Part shown: positions 16,907 to 25,288 of the stretch, in pieces | Position numbering within the stretch: the first letter of the stretch is position 1 | Layout: every line of letters starts with the position of its first letter | Assembly (NCBI RefSeq): GCF_000012285.1 | Contig: NC_007181.1 | Span: 900,001-932,000, forward strand | DNA length: 32,000 bases | Direction of reading: 5' to 3' | From: Sulfolobus acidocaldarius DSM 639 | GTDB lineage: Archaea > Thermoproteota > Thermoprotei_A > Sulfolobales > Sulfolobaceae | Notes under the pieces: model-generated | What the model was told of the DNA's origin: nothing | Database searches by the model: none | Seen by the model: the letters and a program-made list of their open reading frames with translations, nothing else | Position numbers and translations under genes: made by a program

Positions 16907-18094
16907 ATGCTACAAGAAGTATATTTGGTAGATTTCGCTAGAACTCCTTTCACAAGGTTTACTAGAAAGGAACCACAAAAAGATCCTTTTTATAATTTGA
17001 GACCAGAGGAGTTAGCAGGCATAGTTATAAACAGGTTAATAGAAAAGAACGGGATAAACCCTAGAGAAATAGAGGAGATAGTTACAGGATGTGCTCTGCA
17101 AGTAGGTGAACAGTGGAGCTTCGGAGGAAGACATGAAGTATTTGCGTCCAGATTACCTTATACCATACCATCAATGGCAGTGGATAGACAGTGTGCTTCC
17201 TCAATAACAACTGTTGCAATAGGAGCAATGGAAGTAGCTACGGGTATGGCAGACATCGTATTAGCGGGAGGAGTAGAGAAAATGTCAAAAACTCCCATGT
17301 TTGACAACCCACACATAGAGCCTAACATGGCTTTTCTAACTGACCCAAAATACGCTGAGTATGACCTCACAACTGGTTATGTTATGGGTTTAACAGCAGA
17401 GAGACTGGCTGAGGAGGCAAAGATATCCAGGGAAGAGATGGACAGATGGTCACTAAGAAGTCATCAGATGGCTACTAAAGCCATTCAAGAGGGCTATTTC
17501 AAAGACGAGATAATACCCTTCGAAACTGAAGTGGAAGGAAAGAAAATTACGCTGACTACTGATCAGTCTGTGAGACCAGACACAAGTTTAGAGAAGTTAT
17601 CTCAATTACCTCCAGCATTTAGACCAAATGGTACAATTACAGCAGGCAATTCAGCTCCTCTGAACTCCGGTTCAGCATATGTACTACTCATGTCTAAGAA
17701 CGCATTAAAGAGGTATGGATTAACACCAATGGCTAAAATCAGGAGTTTCGGATTTGCAGGAGTTCCTCCAGCGGTAATGGGCAAAGGTCCAGTCCCCTCC
17801 TCTAAAAAGGCTTTAGAAAAGGCTAACTTGAATGTAAAGGACATCTCGTTGTGGGAAATAAATGAAGCTTTCGCTGTAGTAGTACTAAACGCTATCAAGG
17901 AATTGGGATTAGATGAGAGCACAGTTAATAAGAGAGGTGGAGCTATAGCCATAGGTCACCCATTAGGTGCAACAGGAGCTAGAATAGTTGGGACATTAGC
18001 TAGGCAACTATTGATTGAAGGAAAGGACTACGGTGTTGCTACGCTCTGTGTAGGAGGAGGACAGGGAGGAGCAATTGTAGTGGAAAGAGTATAA
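16907..18094 (+). CDS. Acetyl-CoA C-acyltransferase (3-ketoacyl-CoA thiolase, FadA/thiolase-I/II type)
   Basis: VDRQCASS is the active-site Cys. NEAFA, GHPLGATGAR and CVGGGQG are thiolase signatures. 395 aa. Confidence 0.9.
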   Translation: MLQEVYLVDFARTPFTRFTRKEPQKDPFYNLRPEELAGIVINRLIEKNGINPREIEEIVTGCALQVGEQWSFGGRHEVFASRLPYTIPSMAVDRQCASSITTVAIGAMEVATGMADIVLAGGVEKMSKTPMFDNPHIEPNMAFLTDPKYAEYDLTTGYVMGLTAERLAEEAKISREEMDRWSLRSHQMATKAIQEGYFKDEIIPFETEVEGKKITLTTDQSVRPDTSLEKLSQLPPAFRPNGTITAGNSAPLNSGSAYVLLMSKNALKRYGLTPMAKIRSFGFAGVPPAVMGKGPVPSSKKALEKANLNVKDISLWEINEAFAVVVLNAIKELGLDESTVNKRGGAIAIGHPLGATGARIVGTLARQLLIEGKDYGVATLCVGGGQGGAIVVERV

Positions 18095-18101
18095 AAAGAA
18101 G

Positions 18102-18115
18102 TTTTTCTATTTTTC
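18102..18115 (+). terminator. T-tract terminator (TTTTTCTATTTTTC) after the thiolase gene
   Basis: A T-rich run follows the stop at 18094, between convergent genes. Confidence 0.45.
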
Positions 18116-18124
18116 CTCACTATT

Positions 18125-19132
18125 TTATGGCTTTATAAGAATTTTACCATGTCTTTTTCTGTCCTTCAACATATCTAAAGCCTTATCAAAATCCTCTATT
18201 GATACCTCACCACCTATAACTGGCGTAATCTTATTTTGCCTAACCATCTCCAATGTGTCCACTATGTCCTTCTTTGTAGCCCCGGCATGTCCAATTAACT
18301 CAACATTCTTTAGGACTAAGTAACCTAGCCTTAGACTGAAATTGACAGAGGGATCAATATTCCCTACTTGTACTATCTTACCACCTATTTTCAGTGACCT
18401 CATACTCTCATCAAGAGTAGGACCTCCTACATTGTCCACTACTATTGAAGGTTCTCCAAATCCCTTTCTAACCTCTTCAGCAAACTTGTTCCCAACTACC
18501 ACGTAATCTGAAAATTTTCCAACGATCTTAGCCTTACTCTCTTCACTTGTTACTCCTACTACTTTTGCTCCTAAAGCTTTAGCAACCTGAAGGGCATGAA
18601 TACCAACACCACCTCCTGCACCAGTCACTAAAACTATATCCCCCTGCTTTACATTAGCTCTCTTAAGCCCTCTGTAAATCATTGCAGCAACACAGGGAAC
18701 TACTACAGCCCCTTCATCTGAAACTCCAGGAGGGACTTTAACAAGAGAGTTTGCTTTCACAAGTATTCTCTCTGCGAAAAATCCGTCAAGCTCCTGTGCA
18801 TAGAGTTGTCTGTTGTTACAATATATCTCTTCTCCCATCTTACAGTTGTCACAAGTCCAATCTGGAACGTAAAGTAGTGAGGTCACAATATCACCCTTTT
18901 TGAATCCCTCAACACCTTCTCCAACTTCCTCAATTTCTCCTACCATCTCATGCCCCAATATAAGAGGGTATTTTGAGCGGGGATAAAATCCTTGGATCTG
19001 AAGAAGGTCTCTATAACATAGTGCTGCTTTCCTTAACTTTACCACAACTTCTGATTTACCTGCCTTTGGCTCTTGCACGTTTTTATCTATTTTATAACCT
19101 TGTTTAAAACCTGGAAGAATTACAGCTTTCAT
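18125..19132 (-). CDS. Zinc-type medium-chain dehydrogenase/reductase (alcohol dehydrogenase / enoyl-thioester reductase-like)
   Basis: GHEMVGEIEEVGEGV is the catalytic Zn motif. CDNCKMGEEIYC is the structural Zn loop. VLVTGAGGGVGIHALQVAK is the NAD(P) binding motif. 335 aa. Confidence 0.75.
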   Translation of the reverse strand: MKAVILPGFKQGYKIDKNVQEPKAGKSEVVVKLRKAALCYRDLLQIQGFYPRSKYPLILGHEMVGEIEEVGEGVEGFKKGDIVTSLLYVPDWTCDNCKMGEEIYCNNRQLYAQELDGFFAERILVKANSLVKVPPGVSDEGAVVVPCVAAMIYRGLKRANVKQGDIVLVTGAGGGVGIHALQVAKALGAKVVGVTSEESKAKIVGKFSDYVVVGNKFAEEVRKGFGEPSIVVDNVGGPTLDESMRSLKIGGKIVQVGNIDPSVNFSLRLGYLVLKNVELIGHAGATKKDIVDTLEMVRQNKITPVIGGEVSIEDFDKALDMLKDRKRHGKILIKP

Positions 19133-19177
19133 AGTTCAATTAAATATAAACAAACAAAAATAATTAAAATTTTGTAT

Positions 19178-20095
19178 TCAAAAACTGTTGTAGAATACTC
19201 GTCTCAGTGTTGCCCCTATTAGACCAATTGCGTCCATACCCTGAGGTATTAAGGGGAAGAAGGAGACGAAGCCATGGATTACGTTATTAAACCTGACACT
19301 AGTGACAGGTATGCCTGCCATTAATAGTTTATTAGCGTAAGCCTCTCCTTGATCTCTAAGAGGATCATACTCAGCAGTTATTATCAAAGCTGGAGGTAGT
19401 CCAGTGAGATCCTGATTCAGTATTGGTGAAAATTTAATGTCGAGTAAGTCCATGTAAGATCTTAGGTACTGAGAGCCGAACCACTCAATTTGTTCCCTTG
19501 TAAGGAAGTACCCATCATAGTACTCTACCATTGACCTTGATGTGTAGTCTGCACCAGTAGCTGGGTAGATTAACACCTGATGTTTCAGGTTAATTTTACC
19601 TTTAGTCAGAATTGATACTACAGCAGATAAGTTTCCTCCAGCACTGTCTCCGCCGACTGCGACACCTTGCTTACCCTCTAGGCTTTCCGCATTTTCATAG
19701 ATCCACTTTGTGGCATCCACAGAGTCGACAACAGCAGATGGGAATTTATTCTCAGGTGCTAGTCTGTAATCTATAGACGCTACAACGCAGTTACACGCGT
19801 TGGTTATTGCCCTACAAACTGGGTCATATGATTCAATATCTCCTATAACAAATCCTCCACCATGAAGATACACTAGTATTCCATAAGGTCCCTTTGTCTT
19901 GGGATAATAGACCCTGGCTGGAATCATGGTCTCTGTCCCAGGTATCTTTATGTCCTCAATATTTCCCACATCCATCTTTGGAGCTGCAGAGGATATTTGG
20001 CGGAATACCTTTCTCACTTCATCTACAGGTACCTTACCTATTGGTATTACAAAACCAGACTCTAAAAGTTTCTTTATGGTTGGATCTAAAGGCAT
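19178..20095 (-). CDS. Carboxylesterase, HSL family (paralog of 5293..6213)
   Basis: YLHGGGF is the HGGG motif and GDSAGGNL the GDSAG motif. ITAEYDPLRDQGEAYA is identical to the other esterase. HGF is present. 305 aa. Confidence 0.85.
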   Translation of the reverse strand: MPLDPTIKKLLESGFVIPIGKVPVDEVRKVFRQISSAAPKMDVGNIEDIKIPGTETMIPARVYYPKTKGPYGILVYLHGGGFVIGDIESYDPVCRAITNACNCVVASIDYRLAPENKFPSAVVDSVDATKWIYENAESLEGKQGVAVGGDSAGGNLSAVVSILTKGKINLKHQVLIYPATGADYTSRSMVEYYDGYFLTREQIEWFGSQYLRSYMDLLDIKFSPILNQDLTGLPPALIITAEYDPLRDQGEAYANKLLMAGIPVTSVRFNNVIHGFVSFFPLIPQGMDAIGLIGATLRRVFYNSF

Positions 20096-20170
20096 AATCT
20101 ATTTATACATTAGAAATAAATAAACCTTCCTTTAGTTTATTTCGTTTCATAGTAAACTTTTGGCATTTCT

Positions 20171-21667
20171 CTATTCCATAGTCTCCACTTCTCTTGCCCA
20201 ACCAATAGTTCTCCTGACAGCTTCCTTCCACCCCTTATACAATCTCTCCCTTCTATCCTCCTGTAATGAAGGAATGAACTCCCTATCTACTGCCCATTTA
20301 CTCTTTAACTCTTCTAGGGAACTCCAATAGTCCACTGCTAAACCTGCAAGCATAGATGCACCCATTGATGTAGTCTCTATCACTCTAGGTCTAACAATCC
20401 TTATTCCCAATATGTCAGCCTGAAATTGCATTAACAAGTTATTTTTCGACACACCGCCATCTACCTTTAGGACATTTACAAATTCTTTTCCAACGTCTTT
20501 CTTAATTACCTCTATCACATCCCTAACCTGATATGCGATCGATTCCAAGACAGCCCTGGCTATATGTCCCCTACTTGTCCCTCTTGAAATTCCTATGATC
20601 AGACCCCTAGCATATGGATCCCAGTAGGGAGAACCTAAACCAGAAAATGCAGGGACAAAGTAAACTCCTCCGTTATCAACAACACTTGACGCAAGACTCT
20701 CGATTTCATCGGAACTACTTACTAAACCTAGTCCGTCCCTAACCCACTGAACTGCTGCACCGGTTGTGAATATGCTCCCTTCTAGTGCGTACTTTACGTC
20801 TTTACCGATTTTCCACGCAATGGTGGTAAGTAGGTCTTTTGAATCATATATCTCCTCTCCAGAGTTCATTAATATGAAACTCCCAGTACCATAAGTACAT
20901 TTCACATCTCCTTTACTGAATCCCAGTTGACCAAATAATGCAGCCTGTTGATCTCCAGCATCTCCGCTGATCGGTATATTTCCAACGGGCTCAGCGTATC
21001 CATACACTTCACTGGAGGACCTAACTTCAGGCAGTATTGCCTCTGGAATTTCTAGAATTTCTAGAATGTCCCTATCCCACTCCAACTTTTTTATATTAAA
21101 CAGCATTGTCCTAGATGCGTTAGAGTAGTCTGTAACATGGACTTTACCATTAGTGAGTTTCCAAATTAGATATGTGTCTACTGTGCCAAACTTTATTTCG
21201 CCCCTCTCTGCTTTTTCTCTTACACCTGGGACGTTATCAAGAATCCACTTAATCTTTGAAGCGCTAAAATAAGGGTCAGGGATTAAACCGGTCTTGCTCT
21301 TAAACAGGTTAAGGTAGTTTGATTTTAACCAGTCTGTTATATCCGAAGTCCTCCTATCCTGCCACACCACAGCATTGTAAACTGGTCTTCCACTCCTACT
21401 GTCCCACATTATGGTGGTCTCTCTCTGATTTGCTATACCAATAGCAGAAACCTGGCTAATCTCGATCTTGGCTTTCTCTACAGCTTTCTTTATCATACTT
21501 ACCTGCTTTTCAAATATTTCCTCAGGATTTTGCTCCACATAACCTGGTCTTGGGAAATACTGTGTCAGTTCAGTCTGTGCTATGCTTATGACGTTTAGGT
21601 CTTCATCGAAAACTAGAGCCCTTGCACTTGTAGTCCCCTCATCCACTGCCAATATGTATTTGGACAC
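20171..21667 (-). CDS. glpK: Glycerol kinase
   Basis: Full-length FGGY kinase with the canonical GlpK N-terminus ([18 protein letters not shown]), QRETTIMWD, and [13 protein letters not shown] start. 498 aa. Confidence 0.95.
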
Positions 21668-21760
21668 ATTAACTATTTTAAGAAACTTGGTATATAATTT
21701 TTATTTAATGATAACGTTTAAAACCAAAGAGTTTTATATCATTTCTTATACTATACTTTA

Positions 21761-23047
21761 ATGAAGCAAAACAGTTCAGTTATAGTAATTGGGGGAGGCG
21801 CCACTGGGTTATTCACAGCTTTAGATCTAAGTTTGAGGGGAATAAACGTTACTTTAGTAGAAAGAGGGGATATTGCGTCAGGGACATCGGGAAAATTCCA
21901 TGGTTTACTACATAGCGGAGCTAGATATGCGGTCAACGACCCTGAATCTGCCAAAGAGTGTAAACAGGAAAACGAAGTCCTGTCTAAGATAGCACCTGAG
22001 TTTGTAAGAGATACCGGAGGAGTTTTCGTGGGGATAACTGAGGACGATGTAAACTACTCACAGAGGTTTTTATCAGCCCTCAACAGTCTTGGAATCACTA
22101 ATAAAGTAATGGATGTTGAAGAACTCATCAGAAGAGAACCCTTCATAAATAAGAAGTCAAAAATAGCCATCTGGGTTCCAGATAAGGTGGTCTATGGTTA
22201 TGATCTACTGGCAACAGTGGCGTTAACAGCGTCTCTCAATGGTGCGAAAATTTTAACTTACAATGAAGTGAAGAGGGTCTTGAGAGAGGGTAACTCTGTC
22301 AGGAGAGTAGAGGTTAAGGACAACATTTCTGGTGAGACTAAAATCTTGAATGGAGATATTATAGTAAACACTGCAGGACCCTGGGCTTTTAGAGTAATTG
22401 AAATGGCTGGATTAGGAGAAATCCCTTTACTCCCCACAGCTGGAATAATGGTAGTCATGAAGGAAAAATTGAACAGTATGGTGATAAATAGGCTTAGACC
22501 CCCTTCAGACGGAGACATTATTGTACCTTATGGAGATTCATCCATAATTGGAACCACAGCAACCATTATTCCTGACCCTGACAATTTTGAAATATCTGAT
22601 GAAGACATAAACATGTTAATTGAGGAAGGGGCATACATGATTCCCAGGTTGAAGGAGGTAAAACCTGAAAGGGCATACGCGTCTGTTAGACCTCTGATTA
22701 AAAATGCAGAAGATGGGAGAGGGGCAACAAGGGATTTCATGATCATTGACCATGAAAAAGTGGATAGCTTAGACGGTTTGATCTCAGTCATCGGAGGTAA
22801 GTTTACCACTTCTAGACTAGCCGGTGAGAAAGTAAGTGATATGGTATCTGAAAAGCTAGGAATAAGGGAGAAAAGCAAGACAGCCACTATCAAACTCATG
22901 TCTGAACTAGATGAGAAACTCTTAGAAAAGAAGAGAGTACCTAAAGTATTGGTGAAGATGATACGTGAAAGGAAGGGGTCTCTTGACGAGGATAGGTACT
23001 CCACAGCAATGTATATCCTTTTGTCATTACTGGCGAGGGGGGAATAA
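21761..23047 (+). CDS. FAD-dependent glycerol-3-phosphate dehydrogenase (short GlpA/GlpD-like form)
   Basis: VIVIGGGATGLFTALDLSLRGINVTLVERGDIASGTSGKFHGLLHSGARY is the GlpA/GlpD N-terminal FAD signature. At 428 aa it has no long C-terminal domain. It is divergent from glpK. Confidence 0.8.
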   Translation: MKQNSSVIVIGGGATGLFTALDLSLRGINVTLVERGDIASGTSGKFHGLLHSGARYAVNDPESAKECKQENEVLSKIAPEFVRDTGGVFVGITEDDVNYSQRFLSALNSLGITNKVMDVEELIRREPFINKKSKIAIWVPDKVVYGYDLLATVALTASLNGAKILTYNEVKRVLREGNSVRRVEVKDNISGETKILNGDIIVNTAGPWAFRVIEMAGLGEIPLLPTAGIMVVMKEKLNSMVINRLRPPSDGDIIVPYGDSSIIGTTATIIPDPDNFEISDEDINMLIEEGAYMIPRLKEVKPERAYASVRPLIKNAEDGRGATRDFMIIDHEKVDSLDGLISVIGGKFTTSRLAGEKVSDMVSEKLGIREKSKTATIKLMSELDEKLLEKKRVPKVLVKMIRERKGSLDEDRYSTAMYILLSLLARGE

Positions 23048-23049
23048 TT

Positions 23050-23490
23050 ATGGAGATGAGTGGGAAGTTTCTTGTAGAAAAATCGGAGGAAAAGGTCAAG
23101 GAGTTATTGACAGACCCAAAAATGTTCTCCCAGTGCTTACCTGGAATTCAGAATTACGAGATATCTGGCGAATCATTTAAGGCTGTCTTCAAAATCGATG
23201 TAAGTGAGATGAGAATCCCACATATTACAACACTTACAGCATCCATTAACGCTACAATTACCACCGAGAGTAACAATCAGATACATATAAAAGGTAATGG
23301 TAGGTCTGCAGGAGTTAGTATAAAGATGGATATAGTTTTGGATTTAGGGTCTGAAGAAGGTAAAACTGCAGTAAAGTGGACAGCTATCTTAGATATGGGT
23401 ATGTTAACTAAGCTACTGGGCGAGTCCAATATAAGACAGATTGCAGAGTCTAATGTGAAAAGTATAATCTCCTGTCTTTCAAGAGTTTAA
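23050..23490 (+). CDS. CoxG-like SRPBCC-fold protein, probably a partner of the G3P dehydrogenase
   Basis: MSGKFLVEKSEEKVKELLTDPKMFSQCLPGIQNYE matches the CoxG-family N-terminal pattern (xDPxxxxxCxPG). It starts 2 nt after the G3PDH stop. 146 aa. Confidence 0.6.
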   Translation: MEMSGKFLVEKSEEKVKELLTDPKMFSQCLPGIQNYEISGESFKAVFKIDVSEMRIPHITTLTASINATITTESNNQIHIKGNGRSAGVSIKMDIVLDLGSEEGKTAVKWTAILDMGMLTKLLGESNIRQIAESNVKSIISCLSRV

Positions 23491-23561
23491 GTAAAAAAGG
23501 AGAAGAAAAGGAATTTTCGTTTTAAAACCTACACCGTCCAGCGAGAAAAACGAGGGAAAAA

Positions 23562-24095
23562 TCAGACTACATTGAAGACATAGGTTAAATATCCTTCAGG
23601 CTCCCTTCTTACTACTTCCAGTTTTACCTTAGATCCGACTTTCACATTATTTCCCTTTATCCAGCCCAAAACATTTACGCCATTACTAATCCTTACAATT
23701 CCCACAACGTAGTCACTGTAATGGGAAAAGGATGTGGGTTTAACATTAACCACAGTAAATGCTATAACTTCACCTTCCTTAGGCATCTCGATCCATTCGA
23801 GATTTGATACTCTGCATTTTGGACAGTCATCTTGCGGAGGGAAATATATGGTACCACACTTTTGACACTTTGTAGCAAGTAATTTCCCTTCCTTTAATCC
23901 TTCAAAGAATTTGGATACCTTCTTCACGGGAAACTGATAGCGTAAAGTAATTTCCCTTACTCCAACCCAAATTGGATTACCAGTCTTCTGGTCATTTACA
24001 ACAGGTAAACCTGTAGATTTAATCACATTGTCCAAGTTCTTGACATATGCTGAAATTTCTTTTTGGATCTTATCTCTGGTTTCGCTCACACTCAA
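23562..24095 (-). CDS. DUF35 (zinc-ribbon + OB-fold) protein, thiolase-associated
   Basis: CQKCGTIYFPPQDDCPKCR is a rubredoxin-like zinc ribbon, followed by an OB-fold region (GEVIAFTVV...). The non-ATG start (TTG 24095 or GTG 24089) overlaps the thiolase stop (TTGA). Confidence 0.8.
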   Translation of the reverse strand: MSVSETRDKIQKEISAYVKNLDNVIKSTGLPVVNDQKTGNPIWVGVREITLRYQFPVKKVSKFFEGLKEGKLLATKCQKCGTIYFPPQDDCPKCRVSNLEWIEMPKEGEVIAFTVVNVKPTSFSHYSDYVVGIVRISNGVNVLGWIKGNNVKVGSKVKLEVVRREPEGYLTYVFNVV

Positions 24096-25288
24096 CTTGA
24101 AGGCCTCCTGGTTGAGTATATTGTTATGTATGCGTAGTGTCCTGTTCCTCCTACGTTGTGTGTTATTCCCATCCCGTTCCTTATGTCTGCCTGTGTGCCT
24201 TTATGTGCCCTGTATAGTAGTTGTCTTGTTATTGACACTGCCATGCTTACTCCTGTTGCCCCTATTGGGTGTCCTTTAGCCTTTAAACCACCATCAACGT
24301 TTACTGGTATTTTTCCACCAATATATGTCTCACCATTCCTAGCCATCAAGTGTCCTTCTCCCCTCTTTGCAAACCCTAAGTCCTCATATGCCATTATCTC
24401 AGCTATTGTGAAACAGTCATGTACATCTGCAACATCAAAATACCTCCATGCATCACTGAAATCAATTTTAGCCCTCTTATAAGCCTCTTTTGCTGCCACA
24501 TATGATGCCTCTATACCTGTGAAATCTGTCCTTCTGCTTAGATTAGCAGTTCCACTTGCTACTCCCTGAGATACTATCCATACTGGTGAGTCTGTTATCT
24601 TTCTGGCTACTTCCTCAGAGGCTAAAATAAGTGCAGCTGCACCATCAGTTATTGGTGAAGAATCCAGTAGTTTTAAGGGTTGGGCTACAGGTTTAGACTT
24701 CAAGTATTCTTCCATTGTTATTTCCTTCTGGAATTGAGCATAAGGATTCCTTGCACCGTAGTAATGGTTCTTCACAGCAACACTACCTAAATCCTCTTCT
24801 TTCATTCCGTATTTAGCCATATAAGCACTTGCATATAGTGCATAGTAACCTGGGAATGTTAAACCGAAGTTTTCAAATTCCCAGAAGTAGTTCCCTGCCC
24901 TTCCTATAAGTTCTATTACTTGAGGGTTAGGGGATTGACTCATCTGTTCTACTCCTACAACCAGAGCAACATCTATTTCTCCAGCTTTAATTGCTTGGTA
25001 AGCGTCTCTTATGGCAGCACTCCCTGTTGCACATGCAGCTTCAACCCTCATGGTCCCCTTGGGTGTTAAATCACAATACTCTCCGACCACTACAGCTGGT
25101 AGTTCTTCCGCACTCCACATTCCGACATTTCCGACTACAAAGTACTGAATGTCCTTCTGTTCAAGATTAGCTTCTTCTAAGGCTTGTTTTACAGCTTCCC
25201 ATGCTAACTCTTGCATACTTACGTCGTTTCTTACCCCGAACTTTGAATGTCCTGTTCCAACAATTGCCACGTTTCTCATGAATCTCAC
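24092..25288 (-). CDS. Thiolase-superfamily condensing enzyme (archaeal/SCP-x type acetyl-CoA acyltransferase)
   Basis: VAIVGTGHSKFG and VEAACATGSAAI (active-site Cys), with C-terminal GHPIGATG and NVGGTG. The start is GTG 25288 (GTGA overlap with the ACS stop) or ATG 25279, which is preceded by SD-like GTGAG. Confidence 0.8.
   Translation of the reverse strand: MRFMRNVAIVGTGHSKFGVRNDVSMQELAWEAVKQALEEANLEQKDIQYFVVGNVGMWSAEELPAVVVGEYCDLTPKGTMRVEAACATGSAAIRDAYQAIKAGEIDVALVVGVEQMSQSPNPQVIELIGRAGNYFWEFENFGLTFPGYYALYASAYMAKYGMKEEDLGSVAVKNHYYGARNPYAQFQKEITMEEYLKSKPVAQPLKLLDSSPITDGAAALILASEEVARKITDSPVWIVSQGVASGTANLSRRTDFTGIEASYVAAKEAYKRAKIDFSDAWRYFDVADVHDCFTIAEIMAYEDLGFAKRGEGHLMARNGETYIGGKIPVNVDGGLKAKGHPIGATGVSMAVSITRQLLYRAHKGTQADIRNGMGITHNVGGTGHYAYITIYSTRRPSS

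Noticed and set aside
22528-23004. Long antisense ORFs inside real genes. Examples: 22528..23004 (158 aa), 6697..7143 (148 aa), 15926..16321 and 27634..28029 (131 aa each), 4865..5242, 17602..17952, 1251..1565, and the many 60-90 aa ones in the track.
   Set aside because: All lie fully within, and antisense to, ORFs that have clear family signatures. Their translations are low-complexity and Ser/Leu/Pro/Thr-rich with no recognisable motifs, typical of shadow ORFs.
24028-24279. An 83-aa Cys/Leu-rich, membrane-protein-looking ORF on the + strand across the thiolase/DUF35 junction.
   Set aside because: It is antisense to two well-supported, translationally coupled genes. Its hydrophobic composition follows from the complementary codons. 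It has no promoter or independent support.
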